Shown: positions 48,582 through 59,447 of the stretch, piece after piece | Position numbering within the stretch: position 1 is the first letter of the stretch | How the letters are laid out: every line of letters begins with the position of its first letter | Source of the DNA: Planctomycetota bacterium | GTDB taxonomy: Bacteria; Planctomycetota; GCA-002687715; DRQF01 | Direction of reading: 5' to 3' | Assembly (NCBI GenBank): GCA_036479435.1 | Contig: JAZGFI010000271.1 | Location: 32,603 to 96,602 of the forward strand | Length of the DNA stretch: 64,000 nt | Notes under the pieces: generated by a model | The model's database searches: none | Told to the model about the DNA's origin: nothing | The model's input: only the letters and a program-made list of their open reading frames with translations | Translations under genes and position numbers: made by a program

Positions 48582-51488
48582 TCAGCTTTGTTTGGCAGCC
48601 GCTTGAACACTCGCAACGTTGCGATTCATCCGACGGAAGCGACGGATGTTCTTTTGTAGGCGCTCCGCAAAATCGGCGGCCTTAGCCTGGTTGTAGTCGT
48701 ACTGTCCGATTTTTTTGCCGCTGAAGGGATCGATCACGACGTAGATCGGGTTGGTGACCGAGCCCGTCATCTCTTCCTTCATCTTTTGGAATCGAACCGG
48801 CGCCTTACCTTGGTCGGTAAAGAGCGAGGTAACGACCATCTTGCTCATACCTGATATCACTTCTGAGTTTGTCGAGAACACACGGCTCTCGATCTCGCGA
48901 CAGTTCGGTCACGTCACGCCGGTGTAGTCGATGAAGACCGGAACGCCTAGCTCCTTCGCCGTCTCGTAGGCCAGCTCTGGATTGTCGCGGTAGGCCGCGT
49001 GACCGGCCCATCCCAGGCCCGCTTCGCCTGAAACCTCTTCGAAGGCCGGTGGCATGAGGCTTTCGACCAAAAAGGGCATCTGCTCGCCTTTCGCGCCAGC
49101 GATGAGGTAGACCCCGAAAACGATGAGAATGATCGCAATCGCCCCGGAAATCGGCCCCACGCGCTCCACCTTGGGATCGTGTGCGAAGCGAACAACGCCG
49201 AGGAGGTAGAGGCCATTCATGATGAACATGATGACCCACATCCACAGAATCGAGGTTCGAGTGAAGATCTCCCATTCAAAGTAGGCGTCCATGGCTCCCA
49301 AAAACTTCAGCGCGAAGGCGAGCTCCAAAAAGCCCAAGGTGACCTTAACGCTGTTCATCCAGCCACCGCTTTTGGGCATGGCTTTCAAAAAGCGTGGGAA
49401 CAAGGCGAGGAAAAAGAACGGAAAAGCGAGCACTGTCGAGAACGACAACATGCCAATGACGGGCATAATCCACTCTTCGCTTTCCGCGGCCGCCACCAAA
49501 ATCAATCCGACCAAAGGCGCAGTACAAGTGAAGCTCGTCAAAGAGAACAACAGCCCCATACCCAAGGTGCCGACGAGTCCGCCACGGCCCTGCACTTTTC
49601 CCGCTTTTGCCATCAAAAATGCTGGCGGCTGCAGCGTGAAGACGCCAAAGAGAGAGAGCGAGAACAGAATGAAAAGGACACCGAAGAGCCCCTGAACGTA
49701 ACCGTTCGTCGCGAGAATCTGGGCTCCTGCGGCTCCGAAGAGCCAGGTGAAAGCCACGCCAATGGCAACGAAGCTCGCGATGATGCCGAGCACATAGACG
49801 GTCGGCATGATGATCGGGTTCTTGTGACCTTGTTCGGCTTGCTTCGTGAAGAAGGAAACCGTCACGGGGATCATCGGGAAGACACAGGGAGTCAGAAGCG
49901 CCAAAAAGGCGGCGAAGGCGGCCTTCAAGACCCAATCCCAAAGGTTGGGGATACCGTAGCTCAATCTCGCTCGGGCAACCGGAAGCTCGTAGTCAAACTC
50001 CTGGCCATTCTCCAAAACCAAGGGCGCGGACACCGACAGCTCGAGCGTTTCATCGCCACTCTTGGCGGCGTCGGTGGCCAAGAGTTCAAGGGTGATTTGA
50101 TGGCTCAGGCCATCATCACTTGAAGAGACTTCGGTGGCCAAGACGTCGGCCACGCGCTTGCTCGTGTCACCATCGTCGCGAACCCAATCCACAAAGATGT
50201 CGTTTGGCGACCCGATGTGGACTTTTTCGGGACTGCGGAACTTGTAGACCAAGATCAGCGTTTCGGAGGCACGGATGTCGCTGCTCTTTAGGCTGATCGC
50301 CGTATCCCCAAAATCCAAAGACGGGGCTATCGCCGCGGCCTCGGGGGCCTTCGGCGTCAGCACGTCGAGCTTGTCTTCCAGCCCGTCCAGTCGCGAATGA
50401 AGACCCTCAACACTATCGAGGACCCGTTTTAACCCCGCCCCGCCAAGTGCCGGCCCGCCACTCGTCGAACTCGCGTTCGCATCCGCAACTTCAATCGGCA
50501 AGCGAAATTTGATGAGGTCGGGAAGGCAGCCCGCCTCGTCACAGGTTTGATAGTCCAAAGTCCACATAGTCCGCTTGATGCCCGGGGTGGCGTCCGCCGC
50601 GATCCGAATCCTCTGCCGGATGACGACCTTCCCCTTGTGGATGTAGTTCTTGACGATCTCGCCGTAGTTGGCTTCCTTCATCTTCGGCTTGGGCTCAACG
50701 GGGGCGCCCACCAACTCAAGCACCGCGGCGTGGTCGGCACCCATACTCTTTTTATCGAGACTAATCACCGACTTTGCGGCGTAGGTACCGGGATCGATAA
50801 AGGAGTAAGTCCAACGTCCCTTTTTGACCTCCAGGGCTAATTCCAAGGTTGCTTCGCTGCCCGGTTTGGGATTGGCCGGGATGAGACGCGCAACGCCCAC
50901 GAGGAAGTCGTTGCGGCCCTTCAACTCGACACCAGCTTGGCTGGTCGCGTCTCCGTCCGAGCCGGCCGATTCGGCCGCGGCCTGAATGTTGATCTTCGCG
51001 CGAAAGTTTGTGCTCTTCGGAGGGTTGCAGGCATTCGGATCACAAGCGACGTAAAAAAGGTTCCCCTTGACGCGCAGCTCGCCCTTAACAGACGGATCGA
51101 AAATGATCGGGACCCGGAACTCAAAGCTGTTTTCGTGGTAGCTGAGCTTTTGGCCCGCAAGTTCTTCGTGATGCGGCTCCGGCTCAGAAATCTCGCCATC
51201 GACCTTGAGGCCCTTGGTCTCGATGTTGATGGCCGTCGGCTTGTAGTCGCCTTGAGCCTTCACCGAGTAAACGTGCCAGGTAGGTGCCATCTTGACTCTG
51301 ATGACCAAGGTCGCCCGCCCACCCACTGCCACCGTGGCGGGCTCGAAACTCGCGCCTTCGATCGTGAGGGCTTCCTCATCAACACGGGGGCTGGCATTTT
51401 CAAGATCCGGAGGAAATTGCGCCCACAGGGACGCGGTCATGGCGGTCAACCATGCCAGGCTCAAAAGCGCAATGCGGAGTCGATTCAT
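48582..51488 (-). CDS. dsbD: Thiol:disulfide interchange protein DsbD, probable selenoprotein (UGA at 48909-48911 in a UxxC motif)
   Basis: Signal peptide; two DsbD-N domains (ACDPNAC, TCDEAGC); TM domain (LTPCVFP, SFTCTAP). The thioredoxin domain DYTGVT-UGA-PNCREIE continues in frame to 48582. Confidence 0.85.
48870..48908 (-). promoter_or_regulatory. Putative bacterial SECIS element
   Basis: Stem UCGAGAGC/GUUCUCGA (48892-48885 with 48879-48872) and loop CGUGU, beginning 24 nt after the UGA. Confidence 0.7.
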
Positions 51489-51650
51489 TGAGTTAGCTCG
51501 ATTTGGGGGCAGAAAACAAATTCCACGGTAGTCAACAACGATTGTAGCCTGTGGATTCCGAGGGATCAAAATTCTCCTTTGCGTCCGATAGGTCTTGTGA
51601 CCCCTTTACCACTGCCCTTAGAGTGTCGCGACAATTTCTGAGAGGTACCC

Positions 51651-51965
51651 ATGACGGAAGCGATGGTCTACACGGCAATCTTGGAGCAAGCGCTCAAAGA
51701 GCAGCAGCCACTACCGAGTGGTCCCGGTGATGCCGTTTGGACGGAGACTGCGGAAGCGCTCGGTGATAGCCTCTACCGACTCTGCATCGAGTTCGGGGTG
51801 CCCTTCAACACATTTCGCAGCAAGATCTTAAGCGAAGTACCCCAACCCGAATCCGGGCCAGACGCCAGCGAGAGCCTAGGTCGTCTTTTGGCTGAAACAG
51901 AGCCTCACGGTGAGCTGGTCATCATGGCCCTCGAACTCATGCGTGAAGATACCGACATTTATTAG
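51651..51965 (+). CDS. Small acidic hypothetical protein
   Basis: ATG with RBS GAGG; ORF occupies otherwise empty space. Confidence 0.6.
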   Translation: MTEAMVYTAILEQALKEQQPLPSGPGDAVWTETAEALGDSLYRLCIEFGVPFNTFRSKILSEVPQPESGPDASESLGRLLAETEPHGELVIMALELMREDTDIY

Positions 51966-52207
51966 ACCCGCATCCTTGGCGGTGCCGCCCAAAGGGTGGT
52001 GAGTTGGATCTGACGAGAACGACAGGGTATTGGCGTTGATGCGGCTGGCCCGGGCTTGGGATTTCCCATTCACAATCTGGAAGCCGACAGGATGCCGGGA
52101 ATAACCGTTCCGCCTGAGGTCATAGAACTCGATTCTGGGTGAAGCGTCTGAGGCGGCCCTGGTTTTCGTTTTAGTGAGGGCCGTTCTTGTGCCTAAAAGA
52201 AAAGGGC

Positions 52208-52301
52208 GAGAAGCGCGTGACTGTCCGATCGAAGGAGAGAGATGTGATGTTGTTGTTACATTTGCCGTTTTTCGAGGTGGGAGACAGTCACTGCGCTTCT
52301 C
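52208..52301. other. Long intergenic imperfect hairpin (candidate ncRNA)
   Basis: GAGAAGCGCGTGACTGTC (52208-52225) pairs with GACAGTCAC-T-GCGCTTCTC (52283-52301), with further inner stems. Confidence 0.55.
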
Positions 52302-52477
52302 CAAACCCATTCCACTTCTATAGACCGCTGAGTCGACCCAAACGGCGCGGAAAATCGCCTAAAAAGTTGATGACTCGCACATTGGCGAGCTAAATCGAGC
52401 TGTAACTCTGGAAAGTCTGCGGGTCTGGCGCAAGCCAAGAGCCATAAACTCCTTGATCACGGAAGTTTAATAATCAC

Positions 52478-53044
52478 ATGCCACTGGTTTGCGTCTACGC
52501 ATCCTCCAGCCAAAAACTTGAGGCCTCGCTCTACGAATCTGTTGAGAACATCGGACATGGGGCGGCGTGCGCAGGTTGGGAGCTCATTTTCGGCGGGGCT
52601 CGCATTGGACTCATGGATTCCGTTGCCAAAGGATTCCAGCGCGGCGGCGGCCGGGTTACCGCCGTCATCCCCAAGGTCTTCGACCGCCGCGAGCTGGCCT
52701 ATGCCGCCGCGGAAGAGACGATCGTTACCTCGGATCTGCGCGAACGAAAAAAGATCATGCAGGAGCGAGCCGACGCTTTCCTCGTCCTCCCCGGGGGGCC
52801 GGGAACCCTCGATGAGTTCTTTGAAACCCTGACTCTCGTCCAGATCCGTGTCATGAACAAGCCGATCCTGCTGTGGAATCGACGCGAACATTTTCGCGGT
52901 ACTTTGGACCAAATCCGGCTCATGAGTGAAAGAGGATACGCCCACGGTCCGCTGGAAGACCATTTCGATGTCAGGGTGACCGCCGAAGAGGTGGTGGCAC
53001 AATTAGCGCACTACGCCCCTGCCACCCCAAAGAATCCGGGATAA
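52478..53044 (+). CDS. LOG family nucleotide phosphoribohydrolase
   Basis: FGG..IGLM, ERK.IM, PGGPGTLDE, KPI.L.N. Confidence 0.92.
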   Translation: MPLVCVYASSSQKLEASLYESVENIGHGAACAGWELIFGGARIGLMDSVAKGFQRGGGRVTAVIPKVFDRRELAYAAAEETIVTSDLRERKKIMQERADAFLVLPGGPGTLDEFFETLTLVQIRVMNKPILLWNRREHFRGTLDQIRLMSERGYAHGPLEDHFDVRVTAEEVVAQLAHYAPATPKNPG

Positions 53045-53054
53045 TCAGGGGTTT

Positions 53055-53600
53055 TTAGTCGACAAGCAAAGCGACGTCATCACCCATTTCGATGATGCCG
53101 CCGGGCAGCGTTTCGACAATTCCGTTCGGGCCCGCCGACAGCACCCACGAATGCCCTTGCCGCTTTTGATCGCCAGCATGGCCAAATTCACCCTGGGGAA
53201 AAATGAGGTAGGAACGTCCCCAAGGATCAGGTGCGAGCTGGGGCAAATAGGCGCCCTGCCAACGACCGGAGCCCGACATCTTCGGTTGGTTAATAAACCA
53301 CTCTAGGCGACCGCTCGTTCCCCGCGGCAGAGTCTCGAAGCGGGGTTCGGCCCCCGGGCCGCGCAGCCAGGTGTAGATCTGGAGACCTTCATAGCCGCAG
53401 GGCTGAAAACCCGTGTCGGTGGCGTAGTCGTCCAAAGCCTGAGCGATCTTGTTGCAGTCGGTGCGGGCGCGGTCGTAGCCTGCGTCATCCAAGCGTTGCT
53501 CGACGAGAGGCCGCGTCACCGCGACCAGAGCGAGGATTGACAAGAATGCGATGCCGCCACCGAAACTCGGCAGGTACTTCTTCAGATTGGCGGAAACCAT
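53055..53600 (-). CDS. GspG-like pseudopilin-domain protein
   Basis: N-terminal hydrophobic helix, I.QAL..Y..DTG, WQGAYL...DPWGRSY, SAGPNG. Confidence 0.65.
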   Translation of the reverse strand: MVSANLKKYLPSFGGGIAFLSILALVAVTRPLVEQRLDDAGYDRARTDCNKIAQALDDYATDTGFQPCGYEGLQIYTWLRGPGAEPRFETLPRGTSGRLEWFINQPKMSGSGRWQGAYLPQLAPDPWGRSYLIFPQGEFGHAGDQKRQGHSWVLSAGPNGIVETLPGGIIEMGDDVALLVD

Positions 53601-53756
53601 AAGCCCGGAACTCCCGATTCGGCGCGTTGCCGTCTTTACCGCTCACCCCGAAAAACGGGGGCGGAAACGACCTTCTTCTCGCCTTATCGGGCCAGCTCTT
53701 GGCAAAACTCCACCGGAATCGGAAAAACGCGCTCGTCAGGCCAACCTCCTGGCCGC

Positions 53757-55151
53757 CTAGGAGCTCTTGGGGCCGAGCATCTGGCCGGGATCGACGGCCT
53801 TGTCGAATTCCTCCGCGCTCAGCAGCTTCATCTCCAATACAACTTCCTTCAGCGTGCGGTCGCTGTGGTAGGCCTCCTTCGCGACTTTTGCGGCTTGATC
53901 GTAACCGATGACCGGGTTCAAGGCCGTCACCAGCATCAAGGAGCGGGCCAGCTTGTCTTCGATGACGTCGAGCCGCGGCTCAATACCCGACAGGCAGCGG
54001 TCGTTGAAGGACTCGCTGCCGTCGGCAAGAAGTCCAATGCTCTCAAGCAAGTTGTGAATCATCATCGGCTTGTAGACGTTCAGCTCGAAATTCCCGGAGG
54101 CCCCCCCCATGGCGATGGCCACGTCGTTACCCATCACCTGGCAACAGAGCATGGACAAGGCTTCGCATTGCGTGGGGTTCACCTTGCCCGGCATGATCGA
54201 ACTGCCGGGTTCATTCTCGGGGATCGCGATTTCGCCGATGCCGCAACGCGGCCCACTGGCGAGCCAACGCACATCGTTGGCGATCTTGTTCAAACTGCAG
54301 GCGACGGTCTTGAGGGCACCGCTCATCTCGACCACGGCATCATGAGCCGCCAAAGCTTCAAACTTATTCTCCGCGCTGCGGAAGGGGAGCTTGGTGTATT
54401 CAGCGATACGCTCCGCCACCATGCGTGCAAAGTCGGGGTGGGTGTTGAGGCCCGTGCCGACCGCCGTGCCGCCTTGGGCGAGTTCGGTCAAAAAATGGAG
54501 AGCGGATTCGACCCGGCGAATGCCATGGTCGAGTTGGGTCGCCCAGCCCGAGCACTCTTGACCCAGCGTGACGGGAGTTGCGTCTTGCAAGTGCGTACGC
54601 CCGGTCTTCACGATATCGACAAAGGCGTCGGCCTTGGCCCGGCATTGATCGCGCAAGCGCGAAAGTTCGGGAAGCAAGCGGTTGACCACGCGATCGACGG
54701 CGGCGACGTGCATGGCCGTCGGGATGGTGTCGTTCGAAGACTGCGACCGGTTGACGTGATCGTTGGGGTGCACCGGGGACTTACTGCCCCGCTCGCCTCC
54801 AGAGATTTCGATCGCGCGGTTGGCAATGACCTCGTTGGCATTCATGTTGGTTTGCGTGCCCGAACCGGTCTGCCAGACCACCAGCGGGAATTGTGAGTCC
54901 AGTTCGCCCGAGATGACCTCGTCGGCAGCTTGGGCGATCAAGGCCGCGATCTCGGGTTCGAGGTTCCCCAGATCCGAATTGACGGTTGCGCAGGCTTTCT
55001 TGACCACTCCCAGCGCGTAGATGAACTCGCGAGGGAAGCGATGACCGCCGATCCTGAAGTTCTCGGTCGACCGCTGGGTCTGAGCCCCCCAATAAGCCTC
55101 CGAAGGCACCTTGATCTCGCCCATACTGTCGGTTTCGATGCGAAAGCTCAT
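53757..55151 (-). CDS. fumC: Class II fumarate hydratase
   Basis: [45 protein letters not shown]. Confidence 0.98.
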   Translation of the reverse strand: MSFRIETDSMGEIKVPSEAYWGAQTQRSTENFRIGGHRFPREFIYALGVVKKACATVNSDLGNLEPEIAALIAQAADEVISGELDSQFPLVVWQTGSGTQTNMNANEVIANRAIEISGGERGSKSPVHPNDHVNRSQSSNDTIPTAMHVAAVDRVVNRLLPELSRLRDQCRAKADAFVDIVKTGRTHLQDATPVTLGQECSGWATQLDHGIRRVESALHFLTELAQGGTAVGTGLNTHPDFARMVAERIAEYTKLPFRSAENKFEALAAHDAVVEMSGALKTVACSLNKIANDVRWLASGPRCGIGEIAIPENEPGSSIMPGKVNPTQCEALSMLCCQVMGNDVAIAMGGASGNFELNVYKPMMIHNLLESIGLLADGSESFNDRCLSGIEPRLDVIEDKLARSLMLVTALNPVIGYDQAAKVAKEAYHSDRTLKEVVLEMKLLSAEEFDKAVDPGQMLGPKSS

Positions 55152-55333
55152 GGCTTGGTTCCCCTTAGTTCTTAACCAGGTCACGATATCAAGAATTCGC
55201 TCCACAACGGCGAGCATGGCACTATGGCCGGAGGCATTTGCTTGCCCTCATAGCCAAACCCGGGCCGTTGAGAGCCCCCAACACGGTGCTATCATCCGCC
55301 GTTGCCATCCTCTGCAGAAAGCGGGTCGAGTCC

Positions 55334-57010
55334 ATGAGCGAGAAGTTCATTTTTCAGCTTCAAGACATCCACAAGAGCTTCGGCGAGCACGAAGTCTTGA
55401 AGGGTATCACGCTGTCGTTTTTCGTTGGGGCCAAGATCGGCATGATCGGCAACAACGGCGCGGGCAAGACCACGCTGTTGAACATCATTGCTGGCGTCGA
55501 CAAAGACTTCGATGGCACTTGCAAGCTTCGCGATGGCTGCACGCTCGGCTACGTCGCCCAGGAACCCGGTCTCGATGCCGACAAGACGGTCTGGGAGAAC
55601 ATCCAGGACGGCGTCAAAGAACTCCGCGACGTTCAAGATCGCTACAACCATCTAGCCGATACCATGGGTGAATTGGAAGGTGACGCGGCCGAAAAAGCCT
55701 TCGAGGAATTCGGCACCCTTCAGGACGAGATGGACAGCAAGAACATCTGGGATCTCGACCGCACCGTGCAAAGGGCCATGGAAGCGCTCGACTGCCCGGA
55801 CAAAGACTCCGGCGTCACCAAGCTTTCCGGCGGTGAGATGCGTCGCGTTGCGCTCTGCCGAACCCTTTTGCAAAAGCCCGACCTCTTGCTCTTGGATGAG
55901 CCAACAAACCACCTTGACGCCGACGCCGTCGCCTGGCTGGAGCGTCATCTTGCCGGATTCCAAGGCACCGTTATCCTCATCACGCACGATCGCTACTTCC
56001 TCGACAACGTCGTGAGTTGGATGCTGGAGATCGACCGCGGCCAGACTATTGTCTTCAAAGGAAACTACAGCGACTACCTCGAGGAAAAAGCCAAACGCCT
56101 CGACACCGAAAAACGCCGCGACGCCTCGCGCAAGAGAATCCTCGAGAAAGAGCTGAAGTGGATTCGGCAGACGCCGAAAGCCCGCCAAGCCAAGAGCAAG
56201 GCTCGCATTCGCGAGTTCCAAAAGCTCGTGGAACAAAACGCGGACATGCCGCGCGACGAAGGCAACATCGAGATTCCGATTCCGCCCGGGCCGCGCCTCG
56301 GCGCCCGCGTGATCTCCTTTGAAGGAGTCACTAAGGGCTTCGATGGTCGCACGCTAATTAACGATCTCTCTTTCGATTTGCCGCCCGGTGGCATCATCGG
56401 AGTCATTGGGCCCAATGGAACCGGTAAGACCACGCTCATGAGAATGATCATGAGTGACGTCGAACCAGATTCCGGAAAGATCGTCCTCGGCAAGTCGGTC
56501 AAGGTCTGCTACGTCGAGCAGGGCCGCGAAGCCCTCGACGATTCGAAGACCGTCTTCGAAGAGATCACCGGTGGCGTCGACGAAATCCCCTTCGGCGACG
56601 GCTGGATTTCATCGCGAGCTTATGTCGGCCGCTTCCGTTTTCGCGGCAACGACCAGCAAAAGCGCATCGGCGAGCTTTCGGGTGGACAGCGCAATCGCGC
56701 ACAGATGGCCAAGCTTTTGCGACACGGCGGCAACGTACTGCTGCTGGATGAGCCAACCAACGACCTTGACCTGCAAACGCTTCGGGTCTTGGAGGAGGCG
56801 ATCGGAAACTTCCCCGGCTGCGCCGTCGTCGTGAGTCACGATCGTTACTTTCTGAACCGAGTCGCGACGCACATCCTCGCTTTTGAAGGCGAAGGCCACG
56901 TCCACTTCTTCGAAGGCGACTACGACACCTACCACGATTGGAAACGGGCCCGCCGCGAAGAGCTGGGACTGAGCGAAGAATCGCGCTCTCATATCCACAA
57001 GAAGTTCTAA
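55334..57010 (+). CDS. ettA: ABC-F translational throttle protein
   Basis: Two ABC cassettes; ELKWIR..PKARQAKSKAR linker; IPIPPGPRLG. Confidence 0.93.
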   Translation: MSEKFIFQLQDIHKSFGEHEVLKGITLSFFVGAKIGMIGNNGAGKTTLLNIIAGVDKDFDGTCKLRDGCTLGYVAQEPGLDADKTVWENIQDGVKELRDVQDRYNHLADTMGELEGDAAEKAFEEFGTLQDEMDSKNIWDLDRTVQRAMEALDCPDKDSGVTKLSGGEMRRVALCRTLLQKPDLLLLDEPTNHLDADAVAWLERHLAGFQGTVILITHDRYFLDNVVSWMLEIDRGQTIVFKGNYSDYLEEKAKRLDTEKRRDASRKRILEKELKWIRQTPKARQAKSKARIREFQKLVEQNADMPRDEGNIEIPIPPGPRLGARVISFEGVTKGFDGRTLINDLSFDLPPGGIIGVIGPNGTGKTTLMRMIMSDVEPDSGKIVLGKSVKVCYVEQGREALDDSKTVFEEITGGVDEIPFGDGWISSRAYVGRFRFRGNDQQKRIGELSGGQRNRAQMAKLLRHGGNVLLLDEPTNDLDLQTLRVLEEAIGNFPGCAVVVSHDRYFLNRVATHILAFEGEGHVHFFEGDYDTYHDWKRARREELGLSEESRSHIHKKF

Positions 57011-57016
57011 GCCCAC

Positions 57017-58258
57017 CTACAAGCTAAGAACTACCCACTCCAGAACTCCATCGCCGTCGAGGTCTCCTCGGCGGCGATTCTTGTCAGCGTCGAGGTCGCC
57101 TCGACGGCGATTTTCGTCAGTGCCGAGCGCTCGTCCGTCGCGAACTTCAACGGGGTTATTCAGGAGCCAACCTTCTTCGAATTGGCCGTCGCCATCAGCG
57201 TCGACCAAGCCGGATTGCAAGCGAAGGGTCACTCCCCGTCCCCAACTGCGTCCCTCTCGCGAACTGCCGTCGAAGACGATCGCAACGTAGCGACCTTCAG
57301 CCAACAAGCGCAGCAAGACGGAATGCCCCTCGACCGTGCGGTCAAAACACATCTGCTTGGGATCGCTGACCGGCAGCAATCGCGGGCCCCGGCTACGGAC
57401 CAGGCGTTTCGCGCGATCAAAGTGATAACTGGTGAAGGTCGGAGGGTTGGCCTTCAAAGACCAAATGACGATCTCATCGCGACCATCGGCGTCCAGATCG
57501 GCTAAGACCCAGTCGGTCTTTTCGGGAACGGCGACGGCCCGCAGCAAGGCGACCTTGCGGTCGCCATCCTCCCAGAACAAATCCCCCGGTGCATCAAGGC
57601 CGCCGCCGTAGAGGCTATGGAGGGCCGCGTCGTCGCTGATTGAAAGCTGAAGCCTCTTGGCGTCATAAGCGCCGAACATCAGCGAGCGTGGATCGTTGGA
57701 GTGATCCAAACCCAAGACGTGGCCGATCTCATGAAGGGCTGCGGCCAAAAGCGAGTAGGGAGGCTGTGTGCTGGATTTGTCGGATCTCACTTTTCTTGAG
57801 TTGCTGGTATCCCAATCAAGGCGAGCGTTGAACGTGACCCGCGCGGGAATACCGAGTGGCCCGGCCCGAGCGATCTCGAGGCCGTTGGCCAGGTAGTCGC
57901 CGCCACTTGACCAATTTTCTGAGCTGAATCCGAAAAGGATGTCGGCTTCGCCTTCGGCCTCGGTGAACACAAAGCACCCGCTCCCGGCCCAAGCCTCCAG
58001 GGCCGACTTCAGCGTAGATCGAACGGCGGCCTTCCCCAACTCGCTGGGGATCTGGTTGGGGTCAATCCCCCAGCTCAACTCCCTTTGGCTGATCCAACCG
58101 CGCAGGGTGAAATGGGGAGCCGACTCCGTGGTCTTCACTTCGTTCGTCGACGTATGCTCCAGACGATCCGAGCAAGACGACAACAGCAGGCAAAATGCCG
58201 AAAACAAAACCGCCCCGAGCTCCATCTTCTTGGCGCTCGGGGCGGTGGTTGATTTCAT
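57017..58258 (-). CDS. Matrixin (M10) metallopeptidase lipoprotein with FG-GAP-like C-terminus
   Basis: Lipobox LSSC; HEIGHVLGLDH; Met-turn SLM; DLDADGRDEI and GDLDGDG. Confidence 0.85.
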   Translation of the reverse strand: MKSTTAPSAKKMELGAVLFSAFCLLLSSCSDRLEHTSTNEVKTTESAPHFTLRGWISQRELSWGIDPNQIPSELGKAAVRSTLKSALEAWAGSGCFVFTEAEGEADILFGFSSENWSSGGDYLANGLEIARAGPLGIPARVTFNARLDWDTSNSRKVRSDKSSTQPPYSLLAAALHEIGHVLGLDHSNDPRSLMFGAYDAKRLQLSISDDAALHSLYGGGLDAPGDLFWEDGDRKVALLRAVAVPEKTDWVLADLDADGRDEIVIWSLKANPPTFTSYHFDRAKRLVRSRGPRLLPVSDPKQMCFDRTVEGHSVLLRLLAEGRYVAIVFDGSSREGRSWGRGVTLRLQSGLVDADGDGQFEEGWLLNNPVEVRDGRALGTDENRRRGDLDADKNRRRGDLDGDGVLEWVVLSL

Positions 58259-58265
58259 GCGACGC

Positions 58266-59447
58266 TTAGAGGTCTTCGAGGAAGGTAATCAAGGCCGCTT
58301 GCTCGGTCGCCGTCAGATTGAAGAAAGCAGCTTGGGCGTTGCTGGCCTCACCGAGGTGCGCTTCGATAGCCGCTTGTAGAGTCTCCGCTCGGCCGTCGTG
58401 AAGGTAGGGCGCGCTGCGCGAAATACCGATGAGAACCGGAGTTTTATAAAAGCCGACGGGTGCACCCGGTTCGCTCATCCCTCTGAAGGTAGGAGCAAAG
58501 ATGTGGTGCAAGAGGAGGTTCGAGTAGAGCGTGACCGGCCCGCTTGGTCCCATCAAGGTGGGGATGTGGCAAGTGGCACAGCCGACCTGAGTGAAGAGAA
58601 CCTCACCCTGGGCGACTTCAGGAGCGGTGGAGCCGCCGCGCGGTGGCGCCGCCAAGTGGCTCAAGAAAAACGCGATATCATCGAGGTCGGCGTCACTAAT
58701 TTCGGGGTCGGCGGCAGGGTCGTTGTCGCTCAGGCTGCCGAAACCGCGACCGTTGTTGGGCACCGTAATGCCCATCTCGCCGCCCATGGCGTCGCGCACG
58801 AAGTCCGCGAGTCGGGGCACTTGGCCCTTCCAGCCGAACCGGCCAACCTCTTGAACACCAGCCACCATGATCATGCGAGCGACACCCATCACGCCATCGG
58901 AATTGGCATCGCCGGGGTCCTCGTTCGATAGGATGGTCGCATCAGAGATGAGGTCGATCTCGCCGAAGCCAAACAAGGCTGGCGTCTGTCGCTGTTCAAA
59001 GACATCCGCCGTGGGATCGATCTCTTCGCGCGGGCCGACTGACAGCGCTGCCGCATCTAAGCGACGGAACTTACTCGCAGCCTGACCGCCGGGGAGATCC
59101 ATGTAAGGCCCGGATCCGCCGTTGTCGAAAGCGAATCGAGAGACATTCAACTCCAGACCACCCGCCCCCCCAATGACCGGGTCTTCGTGACAGGCGCGAC
59201 AGCTATCACCGTTGTATTCGGGGCCGCCCAGACCCTCGCTGAAGCGAAAGTCCTTATCGAAAAGGCGCCGCCCATTGATCCAACTTGTCAACTCAGAGGT
59301 CGTTAGTTGGCGCGACGGGCCGCCGAAAGTACCGACAGCGGGGACCGGAGTCGACTCATCAAGGGAGGCACTTTTTACCGTGCCGTCGTGACTGGCGAAC
59401 AGAAACAAGGCAAGCAGCAGGCTCGACGAAACTAAGAGGGTCTTCAT
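58266..59447 (-). CDS. Di-heme oxidoreductase family protein
   Basis: GLGGPEYN..SCRACH, GRFGWK, CATCH, PYLHDGRA.TL..AI..H.GE. Confidence 0.88.
   Translation of the reverse strand: MKTLLVSSSLLLALFLFASHDGTVKSASLDESTPVPAVGTFGGPSRQLTTSELTSWINGRRLFDKDFRFSEGLGGPEYNGDSCRACHEDPVIGGAGGLELNVSRFAFDNGGSGPYMDLPGGQAASKFRRLDAAALSVGPREEIDPTADVFEQRQTPALFGFGEIDLISDATILSNEDPGDANSDGVMGVARMIMVAGVQEVGRFGWKGQVPRLADFVRDAMGGEMGITVPNNGRGFGSLSDNDPAADPEISDADLDDIAFFLSHLAAPPRGGSTAPEVAQGEVLFTQVGCATCHIPTLMGPSGPVTLYSNLLLHHIFAPTFRGMSEPGAPVGFYKTPVLIGISRSAPYLHDGRAETLQAAIEAHLGEASNAQAAFFNLTATEQAALITFLEDL

Noticed and set aside
48582..48881. 99-aa ORF as an independent gene
   Set aside because: It is in frame with dsbD, has no clear RBS, and begins in the middle of the thioredoxin domain.
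48909..48911. UGA as evidence of genome-wide recoding (code 4 or 25)
   Set aside because: Many genes in the window end in TGA with ATGA-type overlaps, and other conserved genes have no internal TGA.
52200..52350. tmRNA or SRP RNA
   Set aside because: It lacks tRNA-like GGGG/TTCGA/CCA ends and the SRP CAGG..GGAA..AGCA motif.
53865..54896. Long antisense ORFs (also 62503-63462, 49179-50123, 43388-44083 and others)
   Set aside because: They are shadow ORFs opposite well-supported genes, as expected in GC-rich DNA.
57052..57120. 33-nt tandem duplication (NRRRGDLD x2), and the (AK)n repeat at about 29320-29360
   Set aside because: Both are short in-frame coding repeats with no sign of a separate function.
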